Source: Methanotrichaceae archaeon
Lineage (GTDB): Archaea > Halobacteriota > Methanosarcinia > Methanotrichales > Methanotrichaceae
Direction: 5' to 3'
NCBI GenBank assembly: GCA_963754945.1
Contig: CAVWIG010000048.1
Span: 1-27,718, forward strand
Length of the DNA stretch: 27,718 bases
In this document: piece after piece, positions 1 to 9,193 of the stretch
Layout: every line of letters starts with the position of its first letter
Numbering within the stretch: position 1 is the stretch's first letter
Made by a program: the position numbers and the translations under genes
The notes under the pieces: model-generated
Told to the model about the DNA's origin: nothing
The model's database searches: none
The model's input: the letters and a program-made list of their open reading frames with translations, nothing else

Positions 1-1
1 G

Positions 2-544
2 AAAGAGCTGGTAGATTCTCTGCTCAAAGCTGAGCAGAGGCTCAACATGGCCAAGGCAACCGAAGGGACTGTAGCCATTAACAGCGTGGCTTACTCGTTG
101 CAGAAGGAGCCCACCATCCAGCTCGAGTCGAGGAACATCATGGGCGTTGTGGTGCCCAAAATTGCCGCCGAATCAGTGCAGAAGAAGATGTACGAGCGCG
201 GCTACGGCATCATAGGAACGAGTGCTGCCATCGATGAGGCAGCCGATGCCTATGAGAAGTTGCTTGACAAGGTCATCCTGGCTGCAGAGGTAGAGACCGC
301 AATGATCAGGCTTGTCGAGGATATCGACAGCACTAAGAGGCGCGTCAATGCTCTGGAGTTCAAGGTGATTCCCGAAATCAAGGACACCATCAAGTTCATC
401 GCCATGGCCTTGGAGGAGATGGAAAGGGACAATGTGGTCAAGCTAAAGATGCTAAAGGGCAAGTCCGAGAGGAAAGCTGCAGTAGAAGAGGCCAAGAAGG
501 AAGCTCTGAAAGCGGCTGAAGCAGCCGCCAAGGCTTCTGCTTAA
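2..544 (+). CDS. atpD: A/V-type ATP synthase subunit D (5'-truncated by window edge)
   Basis: Frame open from base 2 into ORF 47..544; motifs 'RNIMGVVVP' and 'IDSTKRRVNALEFKVIP' are typical of subunit D. Confidence 0.95.
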   Translation, partial: KELVDSLLKAEQRLNMAKATEGTVAINSVAYSLQKEPTIQLESRNIMGVVVPKIAAESVQKKMYERGYGIIGTSAAIDEAADAYEKLLDKVILAAEVETAMIRLVEDIDSTKRRVNALEFKVIPEIKDTIKFIAMALEEMERDNVVKLKMLKGKSERKAAVEEAKKEALKAAEAAAKASA

Positions 545-552
545 CCTGAAAA

Positions 553-732
553 ATGTCGAACTGGTTCGAGCGAAAGGCCGAGGATTGGTTTGGAACAGCC
601 GAAAAGAAGATGAGGCTAATGCAGTGGTTGGTGTATATCACCAACCTCTACATCATCTTCGGGATTCTCGTCCTTATTTATCTCTTGTACGGGCCGCACA
701 TCATTGAGTTCTGGCATGAGCTGACTCGGTGA
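553..732 (+). CDS. Small membrane protein, 59 aa, possibly AhaG-like last gene of the ATP synthase operon (not in ORF track)
   Basis: ATG 553 to TGA 732: MSNWFERKAEDWFGTAEKKMRLMQWLVYITNLYIIFGILVLIYLLYGPHIIEFWHELTR; one hydrophobic helix; 8 bp after atpD stop; followed by T-tract. Confidence 0.75.
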   Translation: MSNWFERKAEDWFGTAEKKMRLMQWLVYITNLYIIFGILVLIYLLYGPHIIEFWHELTR

Positions 733-737
733 CCAAA

Positions 738-746
738 TTTTTTTTA
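738..746 (+). terminator. Oligo-T archaeal terminator of the ATP synthase operon
   Basis: T9 run directly after TGA 732, between convergent genes. Confidence 0.55.
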
Positions 747-773
747 AGGTCGTTTCTAAATTTTCAAATTATC

Positions 774-1325
774 TTAATTATTCTGCTTAGTTGATGTTAA
801 ATCTAGCTCCACAGCCCTGTCATACGCTTCAAGGGCGTCCTCATGCAACCCTAATTGATCAAGAGATTTGCCTTTTCCATACCAGGGCAATGCCCATTCG
901 GGATTAAGATCAATGGCTCTATCATATGTCGTGATGGATTCGTTGTATCTTCCTTGATCAAAAAGAGCTACACCCTCGTTGTACCAAGATTCCCCGTGAG
1001 TGGGGTCGAGCTTTATGGCAATATTGGACGCCGCAATTGCTTCGTTGTACTTGCCCATCTTCCGCAATGTGTCGCCTTTGTGATCCCAAGCCTCTACAGA
1101 GGAGCGATTGAGCTCTATGTCTCTGTCATACGCGTCAATGGACTCATTAAATCTGCTCATATCGAAAAGGGCACCGGGCTGAGCAAGCCATCCCAATTGA
1201 TTTGATTCGTTTGTGGTCGATATATTCCTGCAGCTCATGCCGTGCGCGGTTCCACAATCAACGGCTACAAATGCGATCAATATGATAACTGGCACCGATG
1301 ATCGTTTCGTCAACATATCTCTCAT
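774..1325 (-). CDS. Exported tetratricopeptide repeat protein
   Basis: Hydrophobic N-terminus (VPVIILIAFVAV); TPR repeats (AWDHKGDTL, SWYNEGVALF, PWYGKGKSL). Start uncertain (1337/1325/1316). Confidence 0.85.
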   Translation of the reverse strand: MRDMLTKRSSVPVIILIAFVAVDCGTAHGMSCRNISTTNESNQLGWLAQPGALFDMSRFNESIDAYDRDIELNRSSVEAWDHKGDTLRKMGKYNEAIAASNIAIKLDPTHGESWYNEGVALFDQGRYNESITTYDRAIDLNPEWALPWYGKGKSLDQLGLHEDALEAYDRAVELDLTSTKQNN

Positions 1326-1333
1326 CCTTAGCC

Positions 1334-1986
1334 TCACTGAACACGAATGAATTGTCTAGATGGCGTTGGTTTATCTCCTCGAATAAATATTCCCAAATGA
1401 TACTGTTTTTCGTTGTACAACGGTGCCGTTCCGCCTGGGTTGTGCCATCGTTCCAGGAACTCCCGGGCTGGAATGAACCCCCTGGACCCAAGAGTATACG
1501 GGTCCTCAAGGTAAACGTTCTTTTCGTCGATTCCTATGACGACCATGTAATGACCATCGTACCAATCATCGGCCCATGATTTATTCGAGTACGCACTGCC
1601 CATCCATGATTGGCGATCTATTATCACAGGTACGCCTTCTCTGATGGATCTTTCCAAATCTGCCAGCGTCAGATTATCTTTTAGTTCTGCCTCAAGGCCC
1701 ACCTGGCGAGCTACTCTTACCAAGTCCATTTCATCCGTACCGTAGTCGGGGCTGGTACCGAGCAACTCCATCAATTCATCTTCTTCGATGTCTATTCCCC
1801 AATAGTTAAGCACCGCCTGAAGAGCTGTGGCCCCGCAAGAGTAATTTGCACTCTGGCGGACGTCAGGCACGTGATACAAAATACCATTCTGTGCGATGTC
1901 TATATGTGCCTCCTCGGCGAGGCTTCCCACGATAGGACTTAAATGGATATTAGAAATACAATTATTAAAAGCAAGCCTTTCCGCAT
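1334..1986 (-). CDS. C39-family cysteine peptidase; signal peptide separated by an apparent 1-bp deletion at ~1941-1943 (ORF track start 1930)
   Basis: Q..C in 'VRQSANYSCGATAL', H in 'GHYMVVIG', D in 'YLEDP'. ATG at 1986 encodes MRKGLLLIIVFLISI then stop, one base out of frame with the main ORF. Confidence 0.85.
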
Positions 1987-2122
1987 GGCATATTATCTAT
2001 TACAGATCTATATATTTTTTGCTTACTCTGATGAAATGAAAATTAGTATCATTTAAGTGCTCCCAACGGCAAATTTGAGAAATAATATCATAATTTGATT
2101 GATGCAATATGAGAAAAAGGGC

Positions 2123-2791
2123 CTAATGGCCTTGCAGCGCCCTGGCCCTTGCAAAGGCGTCGTTGGCCTCATTGGTGCGATTGAGGGCTACGAGGTCCAA
2201 TCCTTTGCCCTGCCATGCAGCGGCATTCTGAGGTTCCATGTACAGAACGGTCTCGAAGGCGTTCAATGATTCCTGGTACCTGCCAAGGAAGTAGAATGCA
2301 TTTCCTAGGTTGAGCCATGCAGCCCTTAATGACTGATCGAGGTTTACCGCCCTGGTGTACATGGCGGCTGCCTGCTCATAAGAACCGGCCTTGTAGAGCC
2401 GGTCGCCCTCGTTCATCCAGTACGAAGCAGTGACATATCCGGGTGCAAGATAAGATCCAACAGGGACGCCGTAGTTGGAAGGCCGGTAGACCGGGTATCC
2501 TGTGTCGCCGTTGAGGAAAGCGTAAGTTTCAGCTTCCCACATGGCCTGCTCTCGGTCTGCTTGGCTAGGACAAGTTCCGTTGTAGTAAGACCAAATATCG
2601 CAGTATCCACCATCCGGGAAATAGCACTTTCCGGATTGAGGAATTCCCCCGTGGTTCATGCAGTAAGCCACCGCCGAGTTTGTCACTCTTGCCGGACCGA
2701 TCATTCCCAATCCCTGGCCCAGGACTGGTTCCAATACGGTCAACGCCAGAGACACGATTAGCAGCATCAGTAACCAATTGTTCCTTTTCAC
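2123..2791 (-). CDS. Exported DUF333-like domain + TPR protein
   Basis: Signal peptide; 'SAVAYCMNHGG...GKCYFPDGGYCDIWSYYNGTC' matches the four-Cys DUF333 pattern; C-terminal TPRs (AWLNLGNAFYFLGRY). Confidence 0.8.
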   Translation of the reverse strand: MKRNNWLLMLLIVSLALTVLEPVLGQGLGMIGPARVTNSAVAYCMNHGGIPQSGKCYFPDGGYCDIWSYYNGTCPSQADREQAMWEAETYAFLNGDTGYPVYRPSNYGVPVGSYLAPGYVTASYWMNEGDRLYKAGSYEQAAAMYTRAVNLDQSLRAAWLNLGNAFYFLGRYQESLNAFETVLYMEPQNAAAWQGKGLDLVALNRTNEANDAFARARALQGH

Positions 2792-3016
2792 AACTAACCC
2801 CGCCTACTCTTATTTCGATTTGATTGAAGATCCCTCTATCTACAACGTATTATCTAATATTTATGGGTAGGCGTCAGCTATCATCGGAGTTAAAATTGAT
2901 AGGACGAGAATAGCGCCGCCGTTATGCAGTGTAGTAGTGACGTACGCTAGTCGATTTTTTGCACTGCCTAAAATGTGGGTTCCTGGGGTCACCCAAGCTT
3001 CTTGTATTTGCTGGTT

Positions 3017-4138
3017 TCAATAACCAACGCCCTTGGGACCTGGCTTTATAGCACTAACCTTAAAGCCGTCAGTGGACTGATGTGCTTCCCAGTCGTTCCA
3101 TGTGTAGAGGCTGGAATTGTACCCCATGAGTTGGAGTGCGTACCATACCAGAGAAGCGTTCAATCCGTCCTCTGAGTATACAACAACAGGTTTGTCTTTT
3201 TCGAGGTCGGAAAATGTGTCGTTCAACCGCGCTGAACCCTCAATCCTACCGTTCTTCAGAACCTGCGCCGAATCGATCGAGATAGATCCGGGTATACGTT
3301 TCTTGCCGAACTCCTGGAAGGTCCGGGCATCGACTATCTGGGCTTTTCCGCTCCTAACATAATTGTAATTGGCTAGAAGCTCCCGTCTGATAATCGGTTC
3401 ATAGCCTGTCGGCTTTCTGATGATCAGTCCAGACTCCAACGGCAGGCTTGCACTCCTCCAATCGTTCAATCCGCCGTCCAGGACCTTTGCATCGTCCAAT
3501 CCTAGATATCGCATGACCCAAAAGACGAAGGTAGTGTCGTCCGGGGCCGAGTCGTCTCCGTAAATTACTGCCCTGTCCACTCTGGCGATCCCGGCATTCC
3601 CAAGAATTCCGGCCAATTCTGGCGCAGGCCGCAGGGTTCCGTTCTCGTAAAGAAAGCTCTTCGAAGGCAGATGAATAGCGCCCTTGATATGGGGTTGGTC
3701 CGAGTAGTTGTTGCCGTTGGTAGCATCGATCACAACATCAGAACCGGAGATGCCCAAAAGCGGCTTGAGAAATCCTCCATTCGCAAAATTATCTGAACGG
3801 GTTGCGGTTGAGACGTAATTCATAGCTTCGGTCTGGATGCTGATTGCCGTCGCGTTATTCAAAGGCTTCTTACTGGTCGCTTTGTCGCTAGATATTTCGT
3901 TACTAACATCTGCCTTCAGTGCATTGCTCGATATGAAGGTGTCGGGTACATCCGAGTTCAAGAAGGCATTGGCCGAGGATTCCCAATCCCCTGAGTTGCC
4001 TCCGCATCCACCACTTATGCTACATGCTGCATTTGCGTTAGATATTAGGACTAATACTAAGAGAATTGCAAGAAATCCTTTAACGGACCAGGACTCTTTA
4101 ATGTCTGGTCTTCCGAAGAGTAAATCATCCTTCAACAT
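3017..4138 (-). CDS. Exported tandem rhodanese-like (sulfurtransferase fold) protein, catalytic Cys absent
   Basis: 'HIKGAIHL', 'KVLDGGLNDW', 'IVDART...RIPGSI'; C-domain loop reads VVVYSEDG (TCA=Ser) where Cys is expected; hydrophobic N-terminus. Start uncertain (4168/4138). Confidence 0.85.
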   Translation of the reverse strand: MLKDDLLFGRPDIKESWSVKGFLAILLVLVLISNANAACSISGGCGGNSGDWESSANAFLNSDVPDTFISSNALKADVSNEISSDKATSKKPLNNATAISIQTEAMNYVSTATRSDNFANGGFLKPLLGISGSDVVIDATNGNNYSDQPHIKGAIHLPSKSFLYENGTLRPAPELAGILGNAGIARVDRAVIYGDDSAPDDTTFVFWVMRYLGLDDAKVLDGGLNDWRSASLPLESGLIIRKPTGYEPIIRRELLANYNYVRSGKAQIVDARTFQEFGKKRIPGSISIDSAQVLKNGRIEGSARLNDTFSDLEKDKPVVVYSEDGLNASLVWYALQLMGYNSSLYTWNDWEAHQSTDGFKVSAIKPGPKGVGY

Positions 4139-4464
4139 GCATATCACTGGTGGTTGAATGCATAACAACAGGGCCGCCTAGATGATGAAATTTTCGGGTA
4201 CGAGTCGTCTTGCAGTTGTATCAAAAAAAACCACATAGTTAATTTCATTCAACCTGAAAGAGATATATATGAATATATCACGGGCAAAAATGAGTGGGCT
4301 TTGATAAAAACATAGAGCATCCGGAGACTGTAATCATCTCTCAGACCTAATTATCGATTCGTACGGCTTTTCTCTCAAAAGAGTTCAATCATGGGGTTTT
4401 CAGAGAATGGCTTATAGGGCAGATGTGAGAATATGGAGCATAAGAGCATGCATGGAGCCAACAG

Positions 4465-5043
4465 ATGTCCAGAATTCCAGGTTCGATTAACGTGGGACTG
4501 GTAGCGACGTTGCTGGTCGCTACATTCTTAACAGCTTATATAGCCGGGTCCTCAGCAGGCGACTTGCAGGGGTACAAACCAGTTTACTCATTGGGTTCTG
4601 GAAAGGAAGACTGGTGGGTAAAATATCCGGATCAGAGCCCTAATGCAAGCTCCCCAGTCGATCATCTTTCATGGATCGTCGATGATCTTAAACAGAAGCC
4701 TGTAATTGTTTTTGTTCATAGAACAGACTGCAAGGCCTGCAAAGTTCAAGAGAATGACCTAGATAAGGTTCTTGCTACCTACGGCGAGGACGCGAAATAT
4801 TACGATATGGTAGCCGACGTTCCTGATGAAAAAATTCTCAGTGTCTTAAATGTCTATTACCCAAATAGCGGTGTGCCAACAGTGCCCACGACCGTGATAC
4901 TCACCCTGGTTAAAGATACAAATGGCAAGGTGACAGTTGGCTGGCACAGCATGGACGATGCGATGGGCGAAGATGTAGTAGCCTCCTATGTAAAGGATGC
5001 TATTTATTATTACCATCAGAACTCTGCAGACTGGAATAAATGA
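4465..5043 (+). CDS. Exported thioredoxin-fold protein
   Basis: Signal/anchor helix; 'KPVIVFVHRTDCKAC' CxxC; 'VPTT' cis-Pro loop. Confidence 0.85.
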   Translation: MSRIPGSINVGLVATLLVATFLTAYIAGSSAGDLQGYKPVYSLGSGKEDWWVKYPDQSPNASSPVDHLSWIVDDLKQKPVIVFVHRTDCKACKVQENDLDKVLATYGEDAKYYDMVADVPDEKILSVLNVYYPNSGVPTVPTTVILTLVKDTNGKVTVGWHSMDDAMGEDVVASYVKDAIYYYHQNSADWNK

Positions 5044-6440
5044 ATCACAACATGCAAAATTCCATAAAAGCTCTGCTCCTGAGCCTTTTATCTTTATCAA
5101 TCGTAATAGCCTTTGTAGCGGCCTATGACTCATCGAACGTCTTAACAAAGGCCATAGCAACTGCTCCGGACTTCAACATAACGGATAGAAGTGGAAGCAC
5201 CTTTGCTCTGAGCGACCTGAAAGGCGAGCCTGCAATTATCCACATAACGAATATTGAGATTCCAATTTGCCAAGAGTGCGAGAAGGATCTAAGATCCCAG
5301 ATAAGCGAGTTAGCCAAGCTCAAGGCTGCTTATCCGGACACTCAGATTATAACCATCAACCTCAGAAAGAATCCTTACTCTACGGACGGAAGATCTTTGG
5401 TCCAGAAGTGGTGGCAAGTAAACATAAGCTGGCCCTGGACGGAGGATTTGGAACCTTATAAGATCGGAGGAAAGTACATCGATTACTGGGATGTGCGTGG
5501 CGGCTTTTCCAACCCTACGCTTCTACTAATTGATAAGCAAGGCAGGATCGCCGGCATATACCACGTGTACCGTGTCGGTGAGGGCGATATCGATGGTGTT
5601 CAAAGTGCTGAAACGCTCCACAATAAGCTGGAGGAGCTGAAGAGATCAGAATGGTCCGGCCTGAAAGGTGAGATCTCTAAGCAGAGTGTCTCCGTCCTTG
5701 GGATGTTCTTCCTTGGAATAGTAACTTCGCTCGCGCCCTGTTCCATCGCCCTGATGATCGCCGTCTTCTCCTATGTCCTGACGATTCGAAGAAAAGACGA
5801 ATACCTGAGAAAAAACACATCTACCTCAAGGGAGGGTTTTATGATAGGCGTGGCCTTTACTCTGGGCATGGCCATGGTCTTTTTCGTCCTAGGCCTGTTT
5901 ATTTCTCAGGTGGGCATCTTTGTAAGAGACTCCAGGTTCTTTGACTTGTTAGCTGGCGGGATTATGATCCTCTTGGGAATAAGCAACATAAAGCCACTCG
6001 ACGAACTTCTGGAGCCAGCAATTTCTTTTATAAGACGAAACCAACAAGAAGTCCATGTAAATGGTGAAGGCTTAATTCAGAGGTCCGTAAAGACATCGAT
6101 TTGGCTGTTTAAATACTCTGCTTTCATCGGGGCTTTCTCATTGGGGATCTTCTTTGCACTTGGATGGGCACCATGCGCTTTATCCATGGTCTTTCCGGTG
6201 CTAATTTGGCTCGCGTCCCAGAACGTGACACCCCTAGCAGGCGGCATGATGCTCTTCGTCTTCGGCCTTGGCCATGGAGTGCCTATAATTCCCATATCCA
6301 CCTTCTCCCGGACAGTTGGCGGAAGAATCGGGGATAAGTACATCTACGTTGGGAAGTGGACCACAAAGTTCTTCGGGCTTCTTGTGATTGCTGTTGGGGT
6401 GGTGTATGCGGCAAGGTACTTCGGATTTGCCCTTTGGTGA
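5040..6440 (+). CDS. ccdA: Redoxin (TlpA/ResA-like) domain fused to CcdA/DsbD-type transmembrane electron transporter
   Basis: 'APDFNIT...LSDLKG', CQEC, 'PTLLLID' then TM domain with two conserved PC motifs (SLAPCS, WAPCA); ATGA overlap with upstream gene. Confidence 0.85.
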   Translation: MNHNMQNSIKALLLSLLSLSIVIAFVAAYDSSNVLTKAIATAPDFNITDRSGSTFALSDLKGEPAIIHITNIEIPICQECEKDLRSQISELAKLKAAYPDTQIITINLRKNPYSTDGRSLVQKWWQVNISWPWTEDLEPYKIGGKYIDYWDVRGGFSNPTLLLIDKQGRIAGIYHVYRVGEGDIDGVQSAETLHNKLEELKRSEWSGLKGEISKQSVSVLGMFFLGIVTSLAPCSIALMIAVFSYVLTIRRKDEYLRKNTSTSREGFMIGVAFTLGMAMVFFVLGLFISQVGIFVRDSRFFDLLAGGIMILLGISNIKPLDELLEPAISFIRRNQQEVHVNGEGLIQRSVKTSIWLFKYSAFIGAFSLGIFFALGWAPCALSMVFPVLIWLASQNVTPLAGGMMLFVFGLGHGVPIIPISTFSRTVGGRIGDKYIYVGKWTTKFFGLLVIAVGVVYAARYFGFALW

Positions 6441-6697
6441 GAATATTATAAAGGTTATGCCATTCATCTTTATTATTAAACGTTCAAATGGGCGATTACT
6501 ATGAGTTTACCTAACTGAAATCGTATTATACGTACTCATAAGACGGTTCAGCCATAAAACGTGATATTGCCTGCCAGCTGATATAAAGGAACGAGAGAAC
6601 GGAATAGAAAACGTAATCGCGTTAGGCGAATTTGCGAGATTGCGAGATTTTTGAGTATGATATAGGGGCTGACAAACTACTGATAGATTATCTAATC

Positions 6698-7039
6698 TCA
6701 TTCTTGGCTTTGCTCGAGGCTTTCTTTCACCCTAGCTCTTATCCTCTCAAGAGTTCCTTTGGTTAGCTCATGATTGTCGCAGTGGGAGAAATCCTTCGGG
6801 CTGCAGCTGCCCAAGAGATTCATAAATATATCTGCGATCCGATCGCACCCCATATCTTCAAGTTTCTGCAGAAAGACTGCAGAAAGTCTGTTGAATTCCC
6901 TGCATTTGGCAGAGTTAGTTGTGGTCTCTTCGTGGAGCTTGTATAGCTCCTCCAGTTCTTTCTGGATCTCGATCCACGCTCTCCTGCAAATCTTATCCGA
7001 CACGTACAATACCCTTTCGTGTTTGTATGTTTTGATCAA
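6698..7039 (-). CDS. Hypothetical helical protein with 5 Cys
   Basis: 113-aa ORF with protein-like composition; no family recognised; start uncertain. Confidence 0.6.
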   Translation of the reverse strand: MIKTYKHERVLYVSDKICRRAWIEIQKELEELYKLHEETTTNSAKCREFNRLSAVFLQKLEDMGCDRIADIFMNLLGSCSPKDFSHCDNHELTKGTLERIRARVKESLEQSQE

Positions 7040-7188
7040 TAAGAAAATCCGATATCAATAAGGCTATCTGAAGATCCTGTCTAGAATCTCTTTAAACTGA
7101 AGCGACATTCTTTTGGGTTAAATCATTCAAGAGGTACGTCTAACCTTTCCTAAAAAGAATAAAAAAGAAGGCTAGTTCCTCAATAACG

Positions 7189-7668
7189 CTAAATGCTATG
7201 AGTCAGTATGGGTTGGCCTATTTCTTGGGCTAATGCCCACGGATCCTCTGATAGGTATGGGGAGGCAATCTGCTGACTGTTCAGACCACGAGGTCCAGTT
7301 TGGGCTACATTGAGTGTCCTGTTATCAACATAGTAGCCGGAACCAAGAGGTGGTAACTGGCCTGCCTCAACTTTCGGAGCAGACATTAAGCCTGCCAGAA
7401 TCGAAGTGCCCTGACCCTCAGCGAAGGCCGGATAGACTAGCCGGGTATCGCCTTGATCACCTGTGGATACCAATTTACCGCCCTGAATTGTGTTTCCTAG
7501 TGGAATTTGGCCCCATGACCAGAGTCCAGTTGCGTTCGTTGAATATATGTCCTTATTCCCGGTAGTTGCAATCCAATTCGAACCGAAGCTTCCGCCAACA
7601 TCTACTGCCTGGCTAAGCAATGGTACAGCTAATAGTGCGATTAAGAGTGTCGTTAATAAGATCCTCAC
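7189..7668 (-). CDS. Exported hypothetical protein
   Basis: Clear signal peptide (MRILLTTLLIALLAVPLLSQA); 'GGSFGSNW' and 'GLWSWG..P.G' motifs; BRE/TATA-like element upstream. Confidence 0.8.
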   Translation of the reverse strand: MRILLTTLLIALLAVPLLSQAVDVGGSFGSNWIATTGNKDIYSTNATGLWSWGQIPLGNTIQGGKLVSTGDQGDTRLVYPAFAEGQGTSILAGLMSAPKVEAGQLPPLGSGYYVDNRTLNVAQTGPRGLNSQQIASPYLSEDPWALAQEIGQPILTHSI

Positions 7669-7700
7669 TTTGATCCCTCTGAACTTGTAGTTAACTTAAA

Positions 7701-7715
7701 CGGATAAAAGTCTTT
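7701..7715 (-). promoter_or_regulatory. Putative BRE/TATA promoter for the 7668 gene
   Basis: Minus strand reads GAAAGACTTTTATCC about 35 bp upstream of the start. Confidence 0.45.
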
Positions 7716-8038
7716 CTGTCGGGAATTCTTTGATAAAACTGTAATTCTTAAATTCAGTGAACGTCGGCTTGTGCAAGGAGTATTGAATTCTTTGATCAAT
7801 TTTCCTATTGCGAATCAAATAAGCACTATTAATGACTAATAACCCTATGATTTATGTGATTGGCCAGTCTTTAATACAAGGAATCCCGCTTTGAAGGTAA
7901 ATCCATGTTTGGCACCTTCGCCTAAGAAGTTGACGCTCTTGTATAGGAACAGTTTATTGCCGCTTTGGAAAGGTGGTTTTAAATCAAAGGCCTGACAATA
8001 AAGGATGATTACTCCAATGAGCTGCAACTGGGCCAACC

Positions 8039-8719
8039 ATGAAGACCAAAAACATCCAGATTCTCATCTCGTGCCTTATCCTGGCCTCTTTCCTATTGGG
8101 AGCCTATCTTTACCCCATCATGCCCGAGCGGATAGCCTCTCACTGGGACGCGAGCGGCAGCGTTAACGGCTACATGCCCAAGCTCTTGGGACTCTTCTTT
8201 ATGCCGGTTATATCGACGGTTCTCTTTCTGGTCTTCCTGGTCATCCCCCGGATTGATCCTCTCAAGGAGAACATTGCGAAGTTCAGAGCCTACTTCGACC
8301 TGTTCATCCTGCTGCTCTTCGGCTTCCTGTTCTGCCTTTATCTGCTCACCATACTCTGGAACCTGGGCTACAGGTTCAACATCATCCAGCTCATGGCACC
8401 GGCCATCGGCCTGCTCATCTTTTACGCCGGAGTCATGACGGAGAACGCCAAGCAGAACTGGTTCATCGGCGTTAGAACTCCCTGGACTCTCTCCAGCGAG
8501 TGGGTGTGGAACAAGACCAACAGGCTGGCAGGCAAGCTCTTCAAGGCGGCAGGAATCCTGGCAATGCTAGGCGCTGTCTTTCCTGAGCACGCCATCTGGT
8601 TCATACTGGTGCCTGTTGTTCTGGCTGGGGTCTATCCAATCATATATTCCTATCAGGAGTACCAGCGGGAGATTAGGGGGGGAAAATCGGAGGAATCTTT
8701 AATAAAGGTATGTGTTTAG
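8039..8719 (+). CDS. SdpI-family / DUF1648 membrane immunity protein
   Basis: 'MPERIASHWDASGSVNGY' (DUF1648) and 'NWFIGVRTPWTLSSEWVWNKTNRLAG' (SdpI signature). Confidence 0.92.
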   Translation: MKTKNIQILISCLILASFLLGAYLYPIMPERIASHWDASGSVNGYMPKLLGLFFMPVISTVLFLVFLVIPRIDPLKENIAKFRAYFDLFILLLFGFLFCLYLLTILWNLGYRFNIIQLMAPAIGLLIFYAGVMTENAKQNWFIGVRTPWTLSSEWVWNKTNRLAGKLFKAAGILAMLGAVFPEHAIWFILVPVVLAGVYPIIYSYQEYQREIRGGKSEESLIKVCV

Positions 8720-8937
8720 CTCCTCTCAATCAGCATCTGTAAACCGATTTCGTGATGTCATCAGCAACCAGTTCCTAAAGGATAATTGCACGCAACATCG
8801 GCAATAGATATTGGTTTTAGATTTGGGCGAATTTGTTGATCGTCGTGCCTTCATCGAAGAAACCCGCATCCATCGAACAAGCAGATGGAGCTAAACACGT
8901 ACTAATAAAGATGATCTCCATAATAATCAGGAAGAGG

Positions 8938-9163
8938 ATGCCTGAAGATAGATAGTCGTCGATCCAGAGGTTGCTCACGGTAAGCCTGTCATCAAAGGTT
9001 CCAGGGTGCCTGTGGAGATTGTTCTTGGATCTTTGGCCGGTGGCATGGAGATTAACGATAACGATGTAGCAGAAAAGTACGGACTGGAGAGAAAGGACGT
9101 GCTGGCGTCGTTCAGATATGCGGCCAAGATTGTAGCAGAGAAGAGATCTGCGCTTATGCCTGA
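8938..9163 (+). pseudogene. DUF433-family antitoxin, frameshifted
   Basis: ATG CCT GAA GAT AGA then shifted frame IVVDPEVAHGKPVIKGSRVPVEIVLGSLAGGME...YGLERKDVLASFRYAA (DUF433 pattern); 1-bp deletion at ~8952, probable second at ~9140. Confidence 0.8.
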
Positions 9164-9193
9164 TCTTAAATATGAAAATGGATAACGGTGTAC

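Noticed and set aside
3170-3176. Selenocysteine or other recoding at the rhodanese active site
   Set aside because: The minus-strand codon is TCA (Ser), not TGA; the frame is open
4182-4257. Possible C/D box sRNA (ATGATGA ... CTGA)
   Set aside because: No convincing internal D'/C' boxes, contains an A8 run, and lies in an AT-rich divergent promoter region
7845-8036. 63-aa minus-strand ORF or leader RNA upstream of sdpI
   Set aside because: No recognisable protein motif or riboswitch consensus
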